Assembly: GCA_963700155.1 (NCBI GenBank) | Contig: OY969472.1 | Span: 176,271-240,270, forward strand | DNA length: 64,000 bases | Reading direction: 5' to 3' | Origin: an uncultured bacterium | GTDB taxonomy: Bacteria > Patescibacteriota > Dojkabacteria > J137 | Shown: positions 57,907 to 64,000 of the stretch, in pieces | Layout of the letters: each line of letters begins with the position of its first letter | Position numbering within the stretch: position 1 is the first letter of the stretch | The notes under the pieces: model-generated | Database searches by the model: none | Told to the model about the DNA's origin: nothing | What the model saw: the letters and a program-made list of their open reading frames with translations, nothing else | Made by a program: the position numbers and the translations under genes

Positions 57907-58395
57907 TTATATATTTACAACCATAGATTTTTGAACAGTATATCCATTAATTTTTCGAAAAAGTTCTCCCATTTTATCCCATTCCTCCTTTTCAAATAAT
58001 TCTCGAAGATTTTTTATAAAAGAAAGCTTTAAAGTTTTTTCAGTCTGATCTTGAAGTTCATTAATATCTTTTTCAAGATAATCAATCTGATCTGCAACAA
58101 ATGTTTTTAAAGTTGAAGTAAGAGATTCATCCATTTTTTCATCAAAATCGATAGATTTATCTTGTAACTTTTGCTTTACAGCTAAAACAAACTGTTCTTT
58201 TGTAGTCCTTTTTTTAGTCATCTTATTTACAAAATGATGATATTCATCAGTCCCAAGAAGTTCTTCTAAATCTTCAGCAAGAAATTTAAACCAAGCAGAT
58301 TCTTCAAGACCTGATTCTAGATCGGTTCTTTCATCACCATCAACATCCAATCCAACCACATCCCAAATGTAATAATCTAAAATTTTCATCTCCAC
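57907..58395 (-). CDS. Hypothetical acidic protein
   Basis: ORF only. A 2-nt gap separates it from the downstream gene. Confidence 0.45.
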   Translation of the reverse strand: MEMKILDYYIWDVVGLDVDGDERTDLESGLEESAWFKFLAEDLEELLGTDEYHHFVNKMTKKRTTKEQFVLAVKQKLQDKSIDFDEKMDESLTSTLKTFVADQIDYLEKDINELQDQTEKTLKLSFIKNLRELFEKEEWDKMGELFRKINGYTVQKSMVVNI

Positions 58396-58456
58396 TTTAT
58401 TTAAACTTAAAAACTAAGCTACTTTTTGTATTTTATTATTATAATTCTGCTCCATT

Positions 58457-59707
58457 CTATCTACTTTTTCCTTCAATACACCACTTAATGTCAAATTCAA
58501 TCTTGGATATAAGTTCTTTTCCTTTATTAACGAAATCAAAAGGGGTGATTTGATCATCTTTTGGTAATGTTGATACAGGAACTAGTTCAACTATCTCATC
58601 AAAAATATCCTCAGATAATGAACATAGTACAAAATTTCTTTGGTTCAAATAAATATTTACTAATAATCTATTTAATACATTGTTCAGAAGAACTATTTGG
58701 TTTTGCTTTAATGAACTCAAAATTATTCCTACTGTATCTCTTTCTTTTTCGTTTTTGTGTAAAAGTAAATAAAGTTCTTTTAGAACTTCAATTAGTTCTC
58801 TAGGATTTCCTGTAAGATCAATCCTTCTAAAATAAGATTCAATTTGAGCTGCTTCGTCCTCATAACCTTCTTCTGGTTTAACTTCATCCGGAATAGCTGG
58901 TTCTCTTACTATTTCTTCAAGGAAAGCAAAGATATCTAAATCATTAAATGTCCTCATAAACTCAGTGTTTCCATTTCTTTGCTGAAGTTTAGAAGTTCTA
59001 TCTCTAAATTCACTATTTTTTTGCCTTAAATTTGAATATACTTTTGCAACAAATTCTGTTGCGTTACCAAAAATATAGCTTGTAGAAGACCTACCATTTT
59101 TAGTAAGAATATCTCTAACTATCATTCCATAAGTCTTATCATTATTTACAAATTTTATTAATATTTTTTCAATAACAATTGTTTTGACATCATCAGGCAA
59201 CAATTCCCATACAGAAGGCTTTAGTACAGAACTGACAAGAAGTATTTCAATGATTCTTATGTCTAAATTATTTAAAGGTTCTCTCTCGATTGTAGTTTCA
59301 TAAAGTTTAGAGAGGAGCTCTTTAAATCCAGGAACTTCAGAATAAGATCTTAGTAATGCTGGGGAAGATATAACTCTTTCTAATTCAACAGTACTTTGAT
59401 ATCTTACATGCGAAATATCATCATAAATTTCAACAAGCTGATTCTTTTTTTCTCTTAGTGCTTCAAGTTGTTTTGCTGAAGAGTTAAAAACTGATTGTCC
59501 ATTTTTTAATTTTATTGCTTCAGCTCTTTGATTTTTATATTCAACATTATATCTAACTGAAGCTACATTCAAATTAGCATCCCATATTGCAAAAGGAAAA
59601 GCTTTAACCTCTTCTGGCAAAATATCAACAATCACAGGATTGAATAACGCTTTATTAAGAATCATTAGAACTTTTTCTCTGAAACCCTTTAGGATTATTA
59701 CTTTCAT
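58457..59707 (-). CDS. Hypothetical 416-aa protein
   Basis: ORF only. The start may be the internal Met at about 59665. Confidence 0.45.
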   Translation of the reverse strand: MKVIILKGFREKVLMILNKALFNPVIVDILPEEVKAFPFAIWDANLNVASVRYNVEYKNQRAEAIKLKNGQSVFNSSAKQLEALREKKNQLVEIYDDISHVRYQSTVELERVISSPALLRSYSEVPGFKELLSKLYETTIEREPLNNLDIRIIEILLVSSVLKPSVWELLPDDVKTIVIEKILIKFVNNDKTYGMIVRDILTKNGRSSTSYIFGNATEFVAKVYSNLRQKNSEFRDRTSKLQQRNGNTEFMRTFNDLDIFAFLEEIVREPAIPDEVKPEEGYEDEAAQIESYFRRIDLTGNPRELIEVLKELYLLLHKNEKERDTVGIILSSLKQNQIVLLNNVLNRLLVNIYLNQRNFVLCSLSEDIFDEIVELVPVSTLPKDDQITPFDFVNKGKELISKIEFDIKWCIEGKSR

Positions 59708-61418
59708 ACAAATTCTTTAAAGTTATGAAAATATTCCTGATTAATTCTAAATTAGAGGGAACAAGGGCAAATCTTTCAAGATCCTTGAAAGATTTGCCCT
59801 CAGGATCTCCCAAAAAATATGCATTCAACATATTAATAGCATCATCAACCTCAAGTGGGATCTGATCTTCAACTGATACTTTAGCTTTCTCAGTTTCTTT
59901 TTCTCTCCATTTATTATTAAAGAAATTTCTAAACCTTGAAACTGGAATCTTGTTAGCAACTTTCATAAAGTTTGAAGTAGATTCTCTAGATTCTACTTCC
60001 TGCTCAACAGCTCCTTTTCTATCATTCAATTTTGCGAATTTTTGATTAACAGCCTCAAGATCACTCCCTATTGTATTTGATTTTTCAACGTCTTTATCAA
60101 GCAATTTTGCGTTTACTTCTGACTTTACTTCAGGATTAATAAGCAAAATTGCTTTCACTAAATTCTGTAAGTTTGCAGTCCTCTTGCCTTCATTATCTGG
60201 AGTTCTATCAACAATAAGCAGTACAACATTTGCTAACGATTCTATACTTTGAGTATTTAAAAAATTTAAGATTAATTCCAAAGGATCCTGTTTTAAACTT
60301 CTTAAGGACAAACTTAATAATCTTTCAAAAGTATAAAAGCTTGCAGGATCGTTTATTAGAGATAAAAGCTTTTGCCCAACTTGATTATTAAAATTATCAG
60401 ACCAAACTTTTGGGGATTGTTCTTCACTGTCTTGTAAATCTGAAACTATAACTTGAATTTCTCTATTAGTTGAATTTGCTGATAAATTATTAACTTCTCC
60501 TAAAATTTTTATTTCTAACTCTTCATCAAATTTTTCAATTGTTTCTGTTTCTGGTTCTTTAGCAACTTCATTTTCAGATGCAACTTCTTCTACTTTAGAT
60601 TCTAGTAACATTGATTCAGATATGTCTTTTACAGTCTGTAATATTTCCGGCTCATCTTTGACTTTCTCTCTAGTCATTTCAACAAAATTTTCTATCTGGG
60701 CTTTTGGAAACAAATTCTTATCTACAGTCTCCAATAACTTATTAAAGAATGATTTCCTTGTTTGGAATAATACCGATAAAAATTTGAAAAGTTTAAAATT
60801 TCTAGGACTATTCCTAAAATACAAATACATTATTGTATCTGCAATTTCTGGTTCTGAATCTATTAATAAAGGATCTCCTGCTAGTGTATATAAGACTTTG
60901 TATAGGAGCTTGCCTAATAAAAGTCCTTCAAATTTTTCTCTATTATCAATAAGATATCTTATTACTATATTTGCAAAAAATAAATTTTTAGAAATAGATG
61001 ATGCTAAATTTACGTCCAAAAGTGTTATATATTTTTGAGAATCATAAAATTCCATATCAAACTTACCATAAGCTTCGGCAAATCTTTCAATAAGATCAAG
61101 ATCTTTTATTTCAGTAAAATCAAAATTAGGAGCTCCTTTTATTAATGCAGAGACAATTTCAGGAAAATTATCTAAAGTATAAACTGCTTTTTCTTTTCGT
61201 TCACAAAGTGTATTTAACAAATCTATTAAAAAACTTAATTGATCTTCATTCAATGGGGAATTAATTTTCTCAAAATAACTTGAAATTTCATCAAGTGCTG
61301 AATTACCAACATCGATATTAGAAGAAAATAAATTATTCTTTAATGATGATAGATCTATTGTGTTAACAGCTATATTAGGAGCTTCATTTACTTCTGCTAT
61401 TGCAGGATTATCAGCCAT
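59655..61418 (-). CDS. Hypothetical 587-aa helical, acidic protein
   Basis: ORF only. Confidence 0.45.
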   Translation of the reverse strand: MADNPAIAEVNEAPNIAVNTIDLSSLKNNLFSSNIDVGNSALDEISSYFEKINSPLNEDQLSFLIDLLNTLCERKEKAVYTLDNFPEIVSALIKGAPNFDFTEIKDLDLIERFAEAYGKFDMEFYDSQKYITLLDVNLASSISKNLFFANIVIRYLIDNREKFEGLLLGKLLYKVLYTLAGDPLLIDSEPEIADTIMYLYFRNSPRNFKLFKFLSVLFQTRKSFFNKLLETVDKNLFPKAQIENFVEMTREKVKDEPEILQTVKDISESMLLESKVEEVASENEVAKEPETETIEKFDEELEIKILGEVNNLSANSTNREIQVIVSDLQDSEEQSPKVWSDNFNNQVGQKLLSLINDPASFYTFERLLSLSLRSLKQDPLELILNFLNTQSIESLANVVLLIVDRTPDNEGKRTANLQNLVKAILLINPEVKSEVNAKLLDKDVEKSNTIGSDLEAVNQKFAKLNDRKGAVEQEVESRESTSNFMKVANKIPVSRFRNFFNNKWREKETEKAKVSVEDQIPLEVDDAINMLNAYFLGDPEGKSFKDLERFALVPSNLELIRNIFITLKNLYESNNPKGFQRKSSNDS

Positions 61419-61485
61419 AAAAAAGGATTCTAAAATAATCTATGACATTTATAGAATATTCTATTAGAAAATCATTTGCAAGAAG

Positions 61486-62841
61486 TTATCCAACACTACC
61501 TTTCATCGACATTTTTATTAATTCGTTCATTTCAACTGCATATTCCATAGGAAGTTCTTTTGCTATTGGATCAATAAAACCAGCAACTATTAGTCCTGAA
61601 GCTTCTTCTTCAGTAAGACCTTTTGACATCAAATAATAAAGCTGAGATTCAGACACCTTGCTCACAGTTGCTTCATGTTCAACTCTCGATTGTTTTTCAT
61701 AAATTTCATTATAAGGATAAGTATCAGTCTGTGAAATGTCATCTAGTATTAATGCATCACATACCACTTTATCTTTTGAATTTGTTGCACCTTTTGTAAC
61801 TTTAATAAGGCCGCGATAACTTGTCCTGCCACCATTTTTACAGATAGATTTTGTTTTAATAATCCCGCTGGTATTTTTTCCCATATGTATCATTTTTCCA
61901 CCTGAATCTAAATGTTGATTACCATCAGCCACAGCAATTGATAAAACTTCACCATGAGAATGATTTCCAACAAGAAGAACTGATGGATATTTCATTGTAA
62001 CTTGAGAACCTAAGTTGCAGTCAACCCATTCAACTGTTGCATTCTCATATGCTAATCCACGCTGTGTAACAAGGTTATAGACATTTTTCGACCAATTTTG
62101 AATTGTTGTATATCGTATCTTTGAATTTTTTAAAGCAATTAATTCAATAACGCCAGAATGCAGAATTTCAGAAGAATAAGTCGGCGCCGAGCACCCCTCT
62201 ACATAATGAACCTCGGCGCCTTCATCAGCAATAATCATTGTTCGCTCAAATTGACCTAAACTTTCAGTTTGTATATAAAAATATGCTTGAAGCGGCACTT
62301 CAACTTTTACTCCTTTTGGGACATATACAAATGAGCCACCTGACCAACAAGCTGTATTTAGTGCCGCATATTTGTTATCTGTCATTGGGATAGCTTTACC
62401 AAACCATTTTTTAAATAATTCTGGATGCTCCCTCAGACCTGTATCAGTATCAGTAAATATCACACCTTGAGATTCCCATTGCTCTTTAAGTCTGCCGTAA
62501 ATTACATTTGAGTCAAATTGAGTTTCCACTCCTGCAAGAAATTTTCGTTCAGCTTCGGGAACTTTTAGGTCATCAAAAGTCTTTTTGACAGAAGCTGGTA
62601 CCTCATCCCAGCTTCGACCTTTTTTTGAACCTGGGGTTACATAAAATCTAATCTCTTCATCTTTAAAACCATCTAAATTAGCGCCCCAGGTTGGGACAGG
62701 ACGTTGAATGTAATGGTCATAGGCTTTGAGGCGATTATCGGTCATCCATCGAGGTTCCTCTTTAAAGACCGAAATCGCCTCAACAACATCTTTAGAAAGT
62801 CCTTTTTTTGAAAGTATTTTTACAGCTTCGCTTATATTCAT
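61486..62841 (-). CDS. sufB: Fe-S cluster assembly protein SufB (SufB/SufD family), without an adjacent sufC or sufD
   Basis: The C-terminal GGRTSYRGLIKV...DALILDD...TYPYNEI...EHEATVSKVSESQLYYLMSKGLTEEEA...ELPMEYAVEMNELI is strongly SufB-like. Confidence 0.8.
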   Translation of the reverse strand: MNISEAVKILSKKGLSKDVVEAISVFKEEPRWMTDNRLKAYDHYIQRPVPTWGANLDGFKDEEIRFYVTPGSKKGRSWDEVPASVKKTFDDLKVPEAERKFLAGVETQFDSNVIYGRLKEQWESQGVIFTDTDTGLREHPELFKKWFGKAIPMTDNKYAALNTACWSGGSFVYVPKGVKVEVPLQAYFYIQTESLGQFERTMIIADEGAEVHYVEGCSAPTYSSEILHSGVIELIALKNSKIRYTTIQNWSKNVYNLVTQRGLAYENATVEWVDCNLGSQVTMKYPSVLLVGNHSHGEVLSIAVADGNQHLDSGGKMIHMGKNTSGIIKTKSICKNGGRTSYRGLIKVTKGATNSKDKVVCDALILDDISQTDTYPYNEIYEKQSRVEHEATVSKVSESQLYYLMSKGLTEEEASGLIVAGFIDPIAKELPMEYAVEMNELIKMSMKGSVG

Positions 62842-62846
62842 AATTT

Positions 62847-63131
62847 TTACATTGAGTCTAAAATCATTGTTATTTCAACATATTTTGCTATTTCTAATTT
62901 TTCAGAATCACTAAATCCCTCAAAAGAAATTCCGAATAATTCTAAAAGAATAATAAAGTCTACAAGAAAAATTGAGTGATCCATTATAGTCTTGTTAGCG
63001 TAAAGACTTGCTAATCGAATATTAAAATCTGGATTATTATTTTGAAGATTTTCTAATTCAATATTAATTGAATCAATTTTTTGTGTAATAGCTTCCAATC
63101 GACTTACTAAGCCAGGTGTGTCTAAACCCAT
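62847..63131 (-). CDS. Hypothetical small protein with a C-terminal ISFEGFSDSE motif
   Basis: ORF only. It shares the (F/I)SFEGF(T/S)(E/D) motif with the next gene. Confidence 0.4.
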   Translation of the reverse strand: MGLDTPGLVSRLEAITQKIDSINIELENLQNNNPDFNIRLASLYANKTIMDHSIFLVDFIILLELFGISFEGFSDSEKLEIAKYVEITMILDSM

Positions 63132-63178
63132 ATTTTATTAAATTTAATTATATATAAAACATTTTAACATGTTGGATT

Positions 63179-63565
63179 TTATCCTTCTTTTGGACTTTGA
63201 GTTAATAAATAAATCATTGCATTATAAATCTGATCTTCAGTAAAACCTTCAAATGAAAATCCATGATTTTCAAGATAATGTCTAAAATTTGAAGTTAATA
63301 TATTTACTTCCTCTTTTAATTTAACCATTCTGGGATCATCATCTCGCCAGTTAGCAGAATCTGGATCTGTAGGATTTATTTTAACTAATTTCTTTCTATA
63401 TCTTAGAAGTGAACGTCGAATTACATCTCTTCTATCTGAATCTTCAAAAAGGAAAAGATCAATTAGCTCTAAGAGAAATTTTATTCCTAGTTCTTCAGAC
63501 TCATCTATGATTTTTTCATCATTTTCATCTTGTTCAATTATGTCAGATTCTGAAGTTCTTTCCAT
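63179..63565 (-). CDS. Hypothetical small acidic protein with an FSFEGFTEDQ motif
   Basis: ORF only. Confidence 0.4.
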   Translation of the reverse strand: MERTSESDIIEQDENDEKIIDESEELGIKFLLELIDLFLFEDSDRRDVIRRSLLRYRKKLVKINPTDPDSANWRDDDPRMVKLKEEVNILTSNFRHYLENHGFSFEGFTEDQIYNAMIYLLTQSPKEG

Positions 63566-63596
63566 AAAAATATTTTAACATGAGGGACATTATAAA

Positions 63597-64000
63597 CTAG
63601 TTAACTTTAAAACCAATTTTACTATCTGATTTATCTTCTGAAATTTTAGTCAACTCATCAAAAAGAAGTTTCAACTGAATAGAATGATTGGAAAGTTCAT
63701 CTTCGATAGATTTAAGTTTAAGTTCAATATTACTATTAAGAAGGTATGCTTTACGTATTTGAACAAAGATCTTTATAATCATTATATTTATTTCAATAGC
63801 TTTTTTACTTTTTAATACACTTGATAACATTGCAACTCCTAACTCAGTAAATGCCCAGGGAGTACTTCTGTTATATGTTTTATGAGTTGCGGTCACAAAT
63901 TGTGACCGCAACCCCCGAATCTCCTTATCATTAAGGATTATCATAAATTCATCTGGGAATCTTTCAATATTTCTTCTAACTGACTGTTTTAAAGCTTTTG
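63597..64000 (-). CDS. ORF6N-domain protein (phage antirepressor-associated N-terminal domain). Partial: the 5' end lies beyond the window.
   Basis: LRSQFVTATHKTYNRSTPWAFTELGVAMLSSVLKSKKAIEINIMIIKIF matches the ORF6N core. The frame stays open upstream of the track's Met to the window edge (...KALKQSVRRNIERFPDEFMIILND), which matches the conserved KRNIERFPDEF segment, so the true start is outside the window. Confidence 0.7.
   Translation of the reverse strand, partial: KALKQSVRRNIERFPDEFMIILNDKEIRGLRSQFVTATHKTYNRSTPWAFTELGVAMLSSVLKSKKAIEINIMIIKIFVQIRKAYLLNSNIELKLKSIEDELSNHSIQLKLLFDELTKISEDKSDSKIGFKVN

Noticed and set aside
22179-62914. Further short overlapping ORFs (22179..22370, 22719..22979, 23158..23346, 24761..24973, 28168..28620 group, 31112..31333, 37686..37871, 38771..39094, 39258..39449, 39951..40626 group, 41268..41534, 41938..42120, 48449..48652, 49475..49663, 52115..52420, 53478..53666, 54639..54842, 58561..58803, 60622..61038, 61442..61636, 62726..62914)
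   Set aside because: These are antisense to, or nested in, confidently called genes or conserved non-coding elements. They have no independent support.
1-64000. Alternative genetic code (UGA as a sense codon), since small-genome AT-rich lineages sometimes use one
   Set aside because: Long housekeeping ORFs (pnp, thrS, asnB, the 2192-aa gene) are intact and end at expected positions under code 11. No sign of UGA read-through is needed.
1-64000. CRISPR arrays, rRNA genes, integrase/transposase or reverse-transcriptase genes
   Set aside because: There are no short regularly spaced direct repeats. No ORF carries tyrosine- or serine-recombinase, DDE or RT motifs.

Overview
This is an AT-rich bacterial chromosomal window (genomic context unknown), read with the standard code 11. 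The long housekeeping ORFs are intact under code 11 with no sign of UGA recoding, so no stop-codon recoding is apparent. Small, Asn/Lys-rich hypothetical proteins suggest an uncultivated small-genome lineage, but that is only a guess.

Recognisable housekeeping genes are ksgA/rsmA, murJ, pnp, cca, def, radC, a ZnuABC-type metal ABC importer with a divergent Fur-family (Zur-like) regulator, a PAS histidine kinase, a single-domain response regulator, the rplU-rpmA operon, a YbaK-type deacylase, thrS, asnB, proS (preceded by what looks like a T-box leader), a CofD/YvcK-like protein, a membrane metallophosphoesterase, dus and sufB. There are three tRNA genes: Leu-TAA, Asp-GTC and Leu-GAG. A 2192-aa Gly/Thr/Ser-rich repeat protein has no Met or signal peptide of its own. 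It overlaps, in the +1 frame, an upstream HTH-plus-TM ORF.

The most unusual stretch is a roughly 10-kb segment directly downstream of tRNA-Leu(GAG), about 32.4 to 42.7 kb. It holds a family of about 80-110-bp direct repeats that delimit single hypothetical-gene cassettes in both orientations. It also holds a GC-rich small His/Lys-rich gene, and a strikingly GC-rich tandem trio of paralogous secreted-protein cassettes. Each cassette in the trio is bounded by TAGCAAGGTT inverted repeats, ends in a conserved GGCGCGGCG hairpin, and has a large GCGCAAA-type palindromic operator upstream. No integrase, reverse transcriptase, CRISPR array or rRNA is present.
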